Source: a virus. Taken from it: a stretch of DNA of 64,000 bases. Below the pieces are notes generated by a model. That model was given only the letters and a program-made list of their open reading frames with translations, was not told the DNA's origin and did not search any database. Shown in pieces: positions 1 through 8,800 of the stretch (position 1 is its first letter; every line of letters starts with the position of its first letter). The DNA is taken from the IMG/VR virus record IMGVR_UViG_3300047094_002472; one strand, 5' to 3'. The position numbers were made by a program, and so were the translations under genes.

Positions 1-131
1 CACGGGGCTTAACTTATCCTTAAATAAAACCCATAAAACCAAACCCACGCCAGCATAAAGAGCCAAATCCATTGTGGATAGTTTGCTAGCAAATTGATCA
101 AAACTCTCTGTAAAATTCATGGCGTTTCCTC

Positions 132-554
132 TTATTTGTCTGAGACCTCTGGTACACTATTTGGATCTGTAAAAATTCCGCTCTTTCTAAAAATTTCAAC
201 CATAGAGTCTATAGCTGAACTCACGAGCAACATCAAAAGAGCTTTTGTATATTTACTTATAATAGGCTGTAGTACAACTGGAACATAGGGGACGGTTACA
301 ACTAAAAATACCTTATCATAAAACATACTAAGCATGGCTAATGCTATAGTCTTTTTATTAGACCCCTTTAATGACGGGTTTGATGTCTCTATGATCTTTA
401 TTGTTTCTGCTATAGCGATCTGTAATATTCCCCAAGCCTGAGACATAGCCACAGACTTTGAGCCAGATAGAGACTTTTTAACTTTATCAATTAGTGCTTC
501 TAACGAAGAAGAGAGTTCTATACTAAGTATCTGATTTTGAATAGATGTGGTCAT
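132..554 (-). CDS. hypothetical hydrophobic protein (start re-assigned to MTTSIQ)
   Basis: AGGAG SD at 563-567 precedes ATG at 554; GGTGTA motif at 580-585 overlaps the longer ORF's GTG start. Confidence 0.7.
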   Translation of the reverse strand: MTTSIQNQILSIELSSSLEALIDKVKKSLSGSKSVAMSQAWGILQIAIAETIKIIETSNPSLKGSNKKTIALAMLSMFYDKVFLVVTVPYVPVVLQPIISKYTKALLMLLVSSAIDSMVEIFRKSGIFTDPNSVPEVSDK

Positions 555-599
555 ACATAGTGCTCCTATATCGAGTATATACACCGCACAGGAAAATGA

Positions 600-911
600 T
601 TAAACGCTTTTGGTTTTGCTGCGAGGCTTTCTTTTTTTACGAGCATTTGCCTTATTGGCTTCTTTTCTTTCTTGCTCTGTGGCAGTACTCCACCAAGTTT
701 GCTTTAGATTAGTTCGTCCATTAATATACTTAAATAAGACTGTTAATTGTCCTATTATTAGTATAGTAGCTTCTAATCCCTTGCTAGTTTCTTGAATCAA
801 ATCTTCTTTTTGCTGATTATCTTCAAGTAAACCACATAAGTATAGACCGCTAAACAAAAAACTAACCAGAGTGAACCAGAATTCACTGGTTCTATATCCA
901 GGCTTAATCAT
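600..911 (-). CDS. small membrane protein, holin-like
   Basis: KPGYRTSEFW N-terminus, two hydrophobic segments, basic C-terminal tail. Confidence 0.45.
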   Translation of the reverse strand: MIKPGYRTSEFWFTLVSFLFSGLYLCGLLEDNQQKEDLIQETSKGLEATILIIGQLTVLFKYINGRTNLKQTWWSTATEQERKEANKANARKKRKPRSKTKSV

Positions 912-932
912 AGATTAGTCCCGCTATTAGTG

Positions 933-1145
933 TTATGGTGCAACTATAGAGCCGCCATCAACTAGAGTAACCAATATGCCATTAGTAAATCTATTGCTAT
1001 ATTTTGTTTCAATAGAAGGCATATCTGGTGTGTTTTTCACATAGGTGTTTAATAGTGAACTATTACCTGTGGCAGTAGTTGAAACAACAGATGTTCCGTT
1101 TTTAATTTGGTTGGCAGAAACAGCCTTTTGAATATTATTGGCCAT
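933..1145 (-). CDS. hypothetical protein
   Basis: ORF with AAGG SD and upstream GGTGTA motif. Confidence 0.6.
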   Translation of the reverse strand: MANNIQKAVSANQIKNGTSVVSTTATGNSSLLNTYVKNTPDMPSIETKYSNRFTNGILVTLVDGGSIVAP

Positions 1146-1200
1146 AATTTATACCTTTTGGTTAAGCTTTTAATTTTAAGGTTAATTTGATATACACCGG

Positions 1201-3105
1201 TTAGCTACTAAAATTAGAGAATTCGTATTTGTTTTGAACCGCTTGTAAATCTATTGGTGTTAAGCTATAGTTCTCGCCGGGGCTTAAGCTTTGTATAATA
1301 CTATTAACTATAGAGTATCTATTAGTGATAAATGGTCCGCCGGTAGGTGTCCACCAAGTTGTTAAAACAACCAGCTCGTTATCTATAATTAAAAATACTG
1401 GATTTCCACTGTCGCCTACTATTATGTCTTCGGTCCATGAAGCGAATTGATTCGGAGATGGTACTATTGGAGTACTATATGAAGCGTTGGGGTTTATATT
1501 ACTGACACTGGCCATTTGGTAGTACTCGATGTTTGGCGAGGTTCCAATTCCGAACAAATTGGCTCCAGACCAAAGTTTTAATATGGCTTTTTCTTCTTGA
1601 TCTAGGGCTACAGCATAAAGCCAAGGATTCATACTAAAAGAGCTAATCTGCAATCCAAGACTATCATATACTGAGGCCAAAATACTACTACTAAGATAAT
1701 CCATAAAATTAGTTGGTAATACTTTTGCTATTTTTATATTACTAGGCACTTCGCTATCTAAAAGAGCTACTGCAATATCGGTACTCTCATCACCATACTG
1801 TATAATATTTCTACGAATAGCATTATTATTCTCATCAACAAATATTATTGGCGTCCCACCATTTGGCAATATGCTGGTAACAAAGTGTTTAGCGAATAAA
1901 ACGTGTTTTCTGGTTATGAGAGTACCACCGCGAGTATTCCACGCCGCACCGCTACGCTGTGCTGGACTAAAGCAGCTAATATTACTTACTCCATTTATCC
2001 AGCAGCTGGGGTTTCGGACCCATATTCCAGCATCACCAACGCCACCGTATGGATTCTGAGAAGAATAGACTAGGCAATCAGTAGCTGGATTTTTACCAAC
2101 CAGCCTACTTGCTGTACCAGAGTTAATGTGTTGTGGTATAATGTTTTTACTAGTGCTTTGTTTACGTATGCATCTAAATGATCTAGGATAATATTTATCA
2201 TAGACTGCTTGTAGGTCTATTGGGGTTAAAGAATATCCTTGTCCGGGACTTAATTCTTCTATTATAGCATTAACTTGATCATATCTCTTGGTAATAAAAG
2301 GACCATTAGTAGGAGTCCACCAAGTGGTTAAAACTACCAATTCGTTATCTATGATATAAAAAACTGGGTTTCCACTGTCTCCAACAACAATATCTTCTGT
2401 CCACTGTGGATATGGATTAATGCTACCTTGGGGACCGGAAAAATTATCAAAAGCAATTATATGATATAGACTATTATAGTCTACAGTTGTAGATGTTTTT
2501 ACATGAGCTTTTTCTTCTTGATCTAAGCCAACACCCAAGATGCCTAATAATCCATAGTCCAAATCGCCACCGGTCGGCCACCCTAAAACCATATAGTCTT
2601 GATAGTTTTTAGGTAAAACTTTGGCTATCTTTATATTAGATGGAACTTCACTATCTAATAGAGCTATTGTTATATCAGAAATATCGTCGCCATATTGTAT
2701 TATGTTTCGCCTTATGGCGTTATTATTTTCATCAACAAAGATTAACGGGGTTCCACCGTTAGGAAGAATGCTGGTTTTATAGTGTTTGGCAAATAGAACG
2801 TGTTTGCGAGTTATGAGTGTGCCACCTCTGGTATTCCAAGATGCTCCGCTTCTTTGCGCTGGGCTAAAGCAACTAATATTGCTTACTCCATTTATCCAAC
2901 AGTTGGAATTGCGAACCCAAATTCCCGCATCGCCCACGCCGCCATAAGGATTTTGTGATGAGTATACAAAACGGTCGGTAGAGGGATTTTTACCAGATAA
3001 TCTAGAAGCTGTTGAGGAGTTTATATGATTTGCTATTATAGTCTTATCTATAAGACTAGGCATATTACTTGTTAATAATTTATTGTCTTTAAGGTAGATT
3101 GGCAT
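1201..3105 (-). CDS. tandem double trypsin-like (S1) serine protease
   Basis: Two copies of LITRKHVLFAKH (His), DI(T/A)(I/V)ALLD (Asp) and GDSGNP (Ser). Confidence 0.8.
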   Translation of the reverse strand: MPIYLKDNKLLTSNMPSLIDKTIIANHINSSTASRLSGKNPSTDRFVYSSQNPYGGVGDAGIWVRNSNCWINGVSNISCFSPAQRSGASWNTRGGTLITRKHVLFAKHYKTSILPNGGTPLIFVDENNNAIRRNIIQYGDDISDITIALLDSEVPSNIKIAKVLPKNYQDYMVLGWPTGGDLDYGLLGILGVGLDQEEKAHVKTSTTVDYNSLYHIIAFDNFSGPQGSINPYPQWTEDIVVGDSGNPVFYIIDNELVVLTTWWTPTNGPFITKRYDQVNAIIEELSPGQGYSLTPIDLQAVYDKYYPRSFRCIRKQSTSKNIIPQHINSGTASRLVGKNPATDCLVYSSQNPYGGVGDAGIWVRNPSCWINGVSNISCFSPAQRSGAAWNTRGGTLITRKHVLFAKHFVTSILPNGGTPIIFVDENNNAIRRNIIQYGDESTDIAVALLDSEVPSNIKIAKVLPTNFMDYLSSSILASVYDSLGLQISSFSMNPWLYAVALDQEEKAILKLWSGANLFGIGTSPNIEYYQMASVSNINPNASYSTPIVPSPNQFASWTEDIIVGDSGNPVFLIIDNELVVLTTWWTPTGGPFITNRYSIVNSIIQSLSPGENYSLTPIDLQAVQNKYEFSNFSS

Positions 3106-3109
3106 AGCA

Positions 3110-4147
3110 TTATACTATTCCAAGGATAGAGGAACCGTTGATGCCTTTGTCGTAGGCGATAATCACATTGCCGATGATCCCGCGTCGGTTGTAAGACGCG
3201 CCGCGAAACGTCGCATCGCCATCGACTGTGCCGCCGTCGTTGACGTACGAACTGTCGTTGAATGTCGCATTGCCATGAACGCGACCGTAGAAAGTGTATC
3301 CCGGCCCAAAGGCGCCGTTGTACGCAGAATCATTAAACGTCGCATCGCCGTAGACATCGCTGCCGTTGAGCGAACTGTCGTTGAATGTCGCATCGCCGCT
3401 GACGGTGCCGTAGTTGGTCGAACTGTCGTTAAACGTCGCGTCTCCGGTGACGGTGCCGGTGCCTGCGTTGAACGAACTGACATTAAACGTCGCGTCTCCG
3501 GTGACGGTGCCGTAGTTGCGCGAACTGTAGTTGAACGTCGCGTTGCCGTTGATGGTGCAGCCATCGTTGTTGACCGAATAATCGTTGAACGTCGCGTTGC
3601 CGGTGACGGTGCCGCTGTTGATCGAACTGTCATTAAACGTCGGGTCTCCGGTTACGGTGCCGTAGTTTTGCGTGCTGTTGTTGAACGTCGCGTCTCCGGT
3701 GACGGTGCCGATGTTGTACGTGCCGTCGTTAAACGTCGCGTCTCCGGTGACGGTGCCGTAGTTTTGCGTGCCGTCGTTAAACGTCGCGTTGCCGTTGACG
3801 GTGCCGATGTTGAGCGCGCCGTCGTTAAACGTCGCGTTGCCGTTGATGGTGCCGGTACTGCCGTTTTGCGTACCCATATTGATCGCCGCTTGGCCGGTGA
3901 CGGTGATTGCGACCAAGAGAGACACAGACACATCGCCGGGCCGGACGAGCGTCAGGTTCACCACAGTTGGCGCACTGCCGCTGTTGATCGCCACGCTGGC
4001 ACTCAAAACGACACTATCGCTGCTGGTGGGCAGGGCAGACGCGGCAACGGTGTGGGCAGAGTCCGTCCACCAGTTGCCGAGAGTCTGCCAGTCGCCAGGC
4101 AGTTCAGCCGCGACGTCTGCCGCACCGTTGAAGTAAAATGTTGCCAT
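3110..4147 (-). CDS. GC-rich beta-helix repeat protein (adhesin/fibre-like)
   Basis: About 14 repeats of 16-18 aa, ATFNDxxxNxGTVxG(D/N); N-terminal YFNG...DWxxxGNW...LP; GC content far above the flanks. Confidence 0.7.
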   Translation of the reverse strand: MATFYFNGAADVAAELPGDWQTLGNWWTDSAHTVAASALPTSSDSVVLSASVAINSGSAPTVVNLTLVRPGDVSVSLLVAITVTGQAAINMGTQNGSTGTINGNATFNDGALNIGTVNGNATFNDGTQNYGTVTGDATFNDGTYNIGTVTGDATFNNSTQNYGTVTGDPTFNDSSINSGTVTGNATFNDYSVNNDGCTINGNATFNYSSRNYGTVTGDATFNVSSFNAGTGTVTGDATFNDSSTNYGTVSGDATFNDSSLNGSDVYGDATFNDSAYNGAFGPGYTFYGRVHGNATFNDSSYVNDGGTVDGDATFRGASYNRRGIIGNVIIAYDKGINGSSILGIV

Positions 4148-4164
4148 TTATTTTCTCCTAATAA

Positions 4165-4479
4165 TTACTTTTTAACCGGAGGAACTGGTGGTAAAAATAA
4201 GCCTTCAAGACTAGTTTTAACATCAGAGCCAAGCAACTCAAGAACTCTTGCTTCAACTTGGACCTGAGTATAATCGCCAGCGGCCGCATAAGCATCACCT
4301 TCCCAAAGAACTAGTGGTCTTGGGCATGGACGAATTTGAGCCACAACACTCTTTCTAGTAGCATTATCAATAATAGTAACATCTAATGATGAGAGAGTAA
4401 TGGGCTTTTGAACTCTTACTTCACCATTAGCTCTGGTAATAGTAGGTGGTTGAATAGTAACGGGATTGGGTAAATTCAT
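4165..4479 (-). CDS. hypothetical virion-associated protein (start MNLPNP)
   Basis: AGGAG SD before ATG at 4479; lies among fibre genes. Confidence 0.6.
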   Translation of the reverse strand: MNLPNPVTIQPPTITRANGEVRVQKPITLSSLDVTIIDNATRKSVVAQIRPCPRPLVLWEGDAYAAAGDYTQVQVEARVLELLGSDVKTSLEGLFLPPVPPVKK

Positions 4480-4510
4480 AATTTTCTCCTTTTTAAAATT
4501 GATCGTAATG

Positions 4511-5755
4511 TTAGTAGCCGGGAACAAAAGCAATTACATCCCATTTGTCTCTTCCAGCATGATATGTGGCAGCTAAAATGTCCATCTTATTCGCTGCTGT
4601 ACTCCAAGGTAGTGGTGAGGTGGCGCTGCTAGGAATGTTAAATTTGTTGCCCAGAGTGATGGTTCTGCCGCCAGTAGAGTCTTGGGAGATTCTCCAGCGG
4701 AGTGTTTTACCGTTAACGGGATTGGTTGGGTTGGCTAGTGTGGTGTTGCCTGTAAGGGTTATATCGAATATGTCACCAGTAGCGGCGTCGGTGTTTATTG
4801 TTGAAGAGTATGATGAACTAATAACGGTTGTTGAACCGCCCAATACGGATGTTCCGTTACTGTCTAGGATGTCACCGTCTATTGGTAGTGTTAACCTACC
4901 ATCTGTACCAAAAGTCCAGTGATTATTATTATTGTCTGTACCAACAATAACATCTCCACCATTTTTTTCAATCTTAACATATTGATCATCATCTCCTAAA
5001 TAAATATCAACCGTTGAAGGATCTCCTGAGATAAGATGAACATGACTATGTTCTGAACTAGATATCCCATTATTAGTTACAGTAACAAATTGACCAGTTG
5101 GCATACCATTAGATTCTTCAAAATTATAATATAGTGTTGGATCATTTTGTGTCTGATAATTGGTTGATCTTGTTCCATCCACACTTGTTAATGTTAGAGT
5201 AAATTCAGAGATATTGCTATTAGCTGGTATAGTCCAAGTAATACTTTCTGCGTCTGGACCGGTTGTACTTACGAAAGTTAGTTTACCAGTTAGTGCTCGA
5301 CCCAATGATTGTGGGGTAACTCCAGGACCAGAGATTGTATAGTTTACTGTTCCAAAATAAGCCCAGTTTTGTAAAGTAACTACAATTGTGATGGGATTAC
5401 CATATTCAATATAATTACTAGAACTGATTGCCCAAATAGCTGCGGTTGGACGAATTACTAAGCTTTGTCCAGCGACTGCTGTGGGTGGTGATAGTGCAAC
5501 AGCATTATTTGTTTCACTTAGTATACTACCGTTGGGTAATGTTAAAGAACCGTTGCTACCAAGAACAGCATAATTTGATAATATTGAGTTTATCTCGGCT
5601 TCAGTATAATATCTATTATCATGATTATGAGGCAAATTAACTATGTCTGTTAGTTTTATTTTGTTTGTTTGAGTACCAGCAGCATTTGTGGCCGGAACAA
5701 CAGCGTCATTTTCTGCAACACCAACTGGTAATTGTGAAATTTTAATTTGGGTCAT
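4511..5755 (-). CDS. tail fibre-like structural protein
   Basis: IKISQLP N-terminus, HNHDNRYYTE motif, WTFGTDGRLTLP, C-terminal LANPTNPVNG...QDSTGGRT domain typical of phage fibre tips. Confidence 0.7.
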   Translation of the reverse strand: MTQIKISQLPVGVAENDAVVPATNAAGTQTNKIKLTDIVNLPHNHDNRYYTEAEINSILSNYAVLGSNGSLTLPNGSILSETNNAVALSPPTAVAGQSLVIRPTAAIWAISSSNYIEYGNPITIVVTLQNWAYFGTVNYTISGPGVTPQSLGRALTGKLTFVSTTGPDAESITWTIPANSNISEFTLTLTSVDGTRSTNYQTQNDPTLYYNFEESNGMPTGQFVTVTNNGISSSEHSHVHLISGDPSTVDIYLGDDDQYVKIEKNGGDVIVGTDNNNNHWTFGTDGRLTLPIDGDILDSNGTSVLGGSTTVISSSYSSTINTDAATGDIFDITLTGNTTLANPTNPVNGKTLRWRISQDSTGGRTITLGNKFNIPSSATSPLPWSTAANKMDILAATYHAGRDKWDVIAFVPGY

Positions 5756-5805
5756 AGTATTATCCTATAGGTAAAAATTATCTAACAATATTTACACCAA
5801 AACTT

Positions 5806-8409
5806 TTAATAAAATAACAGAGCTCTAAAACACTCTGCACCTAGCTGTCTATTTATCCACAAATACTTTAAGTGGTCGGGTGTTTCGAATATTTCCATTC
5901 TATTACTAATGCCAAGACCTGTATTTGTAGTAGCTTGAGTATAAGGAAAGAGTCCAGCGCCATGCATCGTATAAGTATCCAAGTCCAGATAATAACATCT
6001 TTGTGTTAAATCTTTACTAAAATAAATACGGTCATTGCCATCATAAGCATACTGTGAACTACTGCCGAGAGTTTCCGTTTGTGGCGTGGTTGAAACCAAA
6101 TCCCAAGAGTCAGTATTAATATTATATCTTTCAAAACCAAGAGAGCCACCACCCCTAGATATAATTAGATGATTTCCTCTCTTGTTAGCGTCTGAGACAC
6201 CAAAGTTCCATGTGAAATTAAGACCCGCACCTTTGGCAACAGGTGCTAGAATTGAATAGGTTGTACTATTGCTTGTTGCTGCTGTGGTTACAGCGGCTGA
6301 AAAAGTTAATGTGTTGCTAGTATTAGATGATACAGTAGCCTCTTGCGAAACACCCGCACCACCAGTAAACTTTACCCTGCGACCGGCCCAAATATTTGTA
6401 ACCCAGTTTTTGGATGTGTCCTGAAGTGTTGTTGTGGAATGTGTGCCGGTTGCGATGCCATTGTCTAATGCTCCAAAAGCATTTGGTTTTGAAATAACAT
6501 ACTTCGTTGTGGCGTTAACTGGCGTAGTTACAGACGTAGTAAAGGTTAATGAGTTAGCAGTATTAGATGCTATTCTAAAAGATTGTCCTGTGGCTGATGC
6601 GCTTAATGATGTTGTCATATAGCAAACATAACCAGCCCACTGATTAGTGGTCCAATTCTTTGTAGAGTCAACCAATACTGTGGCACTATGAGCAGTAAAT
6701 GTGGCATTGGCCGAAGGAGTTCCGCTAATAGTATAGGTATAAGTTGTAGCGCCAGTAACAGTAATTGTTGCTGTTATATTATACAAAGAGGCATCAGCCC
6801 CTGTTGCACCAGAATGAGTGACAGAGTATCCTGTTTTAAAGTTGTGACTCTGTACCGTTGTTACAGTAGCTGTTGTTCCAGACCTTGTTGTTGAGGATAT
6901 TGCTATGGGCTTATGCGACCCATATGCTGCCGCGCCGCTTCTTGCAACACCGCCGTCTATTTTTTTATTACCAACAATCATATCTTCTTCTACGCAATAA
7001 GTATAGATACTAGAGTGTGCGCCAAGAGCCAGATATAAAAGATCAGTATCTCCTTGGATTTTAAAGGTTGATGTATTATCTGGAGTGACATCAAAAGGTG
7101 TCGCAACAGTTATGCTAGTAGAGGTATTACTTAATACTATTCTTTGTTGACCCGCGCCGGTGCCACCAGTAATAAGCACTACATAATTAGCCCACCTGTT
7201 GGTTGACCAACTTTTTGACGAGTCGGTGATGGATGTGCTTGTTCCAGAGGATGCTGTACCAGCATCAAAACCTTCTATCATATATTGTGATGTTGAATTT
7301 GGTGCAGTACCGGCGTTGCTCCATGTTAATGTATTACTAGTATTAGAAACTATTTGTCTAAGTTGTCCAACACCAGTTCCGCTAAAAATACGAACCCAGT
7401 AACCAGCATACTGATTAGGCGTCCAGCTTTTCGACGTATCAACCAAGGAGGTTGTTGTTCCAGAAGTTGCTGTACCCTTTGACCATATAGATGAATTTTC
7501 TGTTGTTCTTTCTACGGTTCCATCTGTTATGGTGATATTACTAAGAACACTACCCTGTGCTGTTCGATAATACCAAATATCAGCAGCAATGTCATAATAT
7601 GTTAAGTTTGGTGATGCATTTGTATATAGGTATATACCACCAGACTGAATAACAAATCTTGAGGTTTCATCCGGCTGAGTGGTCCAGTTGGAGTCTACTG
7701 TAAGAGTACCAGACTCTATGGTATATATTGATTGAGAGCCTGCTGTGACAGAAATAGCTGTGGCCATCGGCGCCATCGCATCAACGTTTTGTGCTAACTG
7801 ATTAATATCTGCCAGGGTTATAGTTGTGGCATCATTATATAAAACTTTTCTAATTTGAGAGATACCAGAACCAAATAAAATTCTTACTTGGTATCCTACC
7901 CACTGGTTGATGGTCCAGTTTTTAGTAGTGTCGGTGATTCTAACTAACGATGTGCTACTTGTTACAGCGGTTGATACGCCGGTGTCAGCAACAACAACAT
8001 CTGAAACATTTATTATGGTTCTTTGTTGACCAGCACCAGTGCCGCCCACTATCTTAATATCAAATCCCTTTAAAATTTTATCATATATAGTATCTGTGGT
8101 AATAGTGTTAGCAGTAGCACTAATGACCCTACCATTATGGCCAGCAGCACCAGCAAATTTCATGCTGCTAAATGTTGTTGGGGTCACAACCGGACTCGCA
8201 AGTTGTAAATATGTATCGGTGTATGTGTCATATCTCCAAAAACTAGCATTAGCAATTAAATAATAAATATATCTTCCGTGATTAACGTGGTATAAACTAT
8301 TGTCCGCAGAGCAGGCTGAACTCACAGCAGAGGATACTGCGGGAGCAAATCTTAGCCACTCCCATACCGGAAGGTCTACTTGGGTTCTTAGGGTATTAGT
8401 TAAAGCCAT
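5806..8409 (-). CDS. large virion protein with D(T/S)(S/T)KxW(T)xNQWxG repeats
   Basis: Five DTSKSWTxNQWAG-like repeats with GTGAGQQR motifs, flanked by beta-propeller-like termini. Confidence 0.7.
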   Translation of the reverse strand: MALTNTLRTQVDLPVWEWLRFAPAVSSAVSSACSADNSLYHVNHGRYIYYLIANASFWRYDTYTDTYLQLASPVVTPTTFSSMKFAGAAGHNGRVISATANTITTDTIYDKILKGFDIKIVGGTGAGQQRTIINVSDVVVADTGVSTAVTSSTSLVRITDTTKNWTINQWVGYQVRILFGSGISQIRKVLYNDATTITLADINQLAQNVDAMAPMATAISVTAGSQSIYTIESGTLTVDSNWTTQPDETSRFVIQSGGIYLYTNASPNLTYYDIAADIWYYRTAQGSVLSNITITDGTVERTTENSSIWSKGTATSGTTTSLVDTSKSWTPNQYAGYWVRIFSGTGVGQLRQIVSNTSNTLTWSNAGTAPNSTSQYMIEGFDAGTASSGTSTSITDSSKSWSTNRWANYVVLITGGTGAGQQRIVLSNTSTSITVATPFDVTPDNTSTFKIQGDTDLLYLALGAHSSIYTYCVEEDMIVGNKKIDGGVARSGAAAYGSHKPIAISSTTRSGTTATVTTVQSHNFKTGYSVTHSGATGADASLYNITATITVTGATTYTYTISGTPSANATFTAHSATVLVDSTKNWTTNQWAGYVCYMTTSLSASATGQSFRIASNTANSLTFTTSVTTPVNATTKYVISKPNAFGALDNGIATGTHSTTTLQDTSKNWVTNIWAGRRVKFTGGAGVSQEATVSSNTSNTLTFSAAVTTAATSNSTTYSILAPVAKGAGLNFTWNFGVSDANKRGNHLIISRGGGSLGFERYNINTDSWDLVSTTPQTETLGSSSQYAYDGNDRIYFSKDLTQRCYYLDLDTYTMHGAGLFPYTQATTNTGLGISNRMEIFETPDHLKYLWINRQLGAECFRALLFY

Positions 8410-8429
8410 AATTTATTTGTCCTATTGTA

Positions 8430-8759
8430 TTAAGAAAAATTAAGTTTGCTGCGAATACAGTTTGCATATGTGTTGCGAGAAATATCTATAAATTGTCTAT
8501 GATCCATATTAGAAATAGTAGTGACGTTGCTTAAGTTGCCAAGATTTGCAGTACCAGATATACCTTCTATCGTAACTCTTTGTCTATTTGCACTGTCAAC
8601 TACCGCATTACTTTCTAATAGTTTAACTATTCGTCTCAAAAGAATATTTGCTTCTTCCGAGGCTAATTGATTAGCGCCAATTTGATCACTACTAATAGTT
8701 ACGGGAGAACTATTGCTATTGTTAGCTTGGCCGTTTTGATTTTGTGGAAAATAGGTCAT
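8430..8759 (-). CDS. hypothetical protein (structural region)
   Basis: ORF with upstream GGTGTA motif. Confidence 0.6.
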   Translation of the reverse strand: MTYFPQNQNGQANNSNSSPVTISSDQIGANQLASEEANILLRRIVKLLESNAVVDSANRQRVTIEGISGTANLGNLSNVTTISNMDHRQFIDISRNTYANCIRSKLNFS

Positions 8760-8800
8760 TGTAGCCTCTGTTTTTGATTATTCTATATAATATACACCCA

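Noticed and set aside
3200-3860. AAC-rich repeats as a DGR template/variable pair or CRISPR array
   Set aside because: In-frame coding repeats whose differences are not limited to adenines; no reverse transcriptase, cas genes or unique spacers
3163-4267. Long alternative-frame ORFs over the GC-rich gene
   Set aside because: Shadow ORFs caused by GC-rich repetitive sequence
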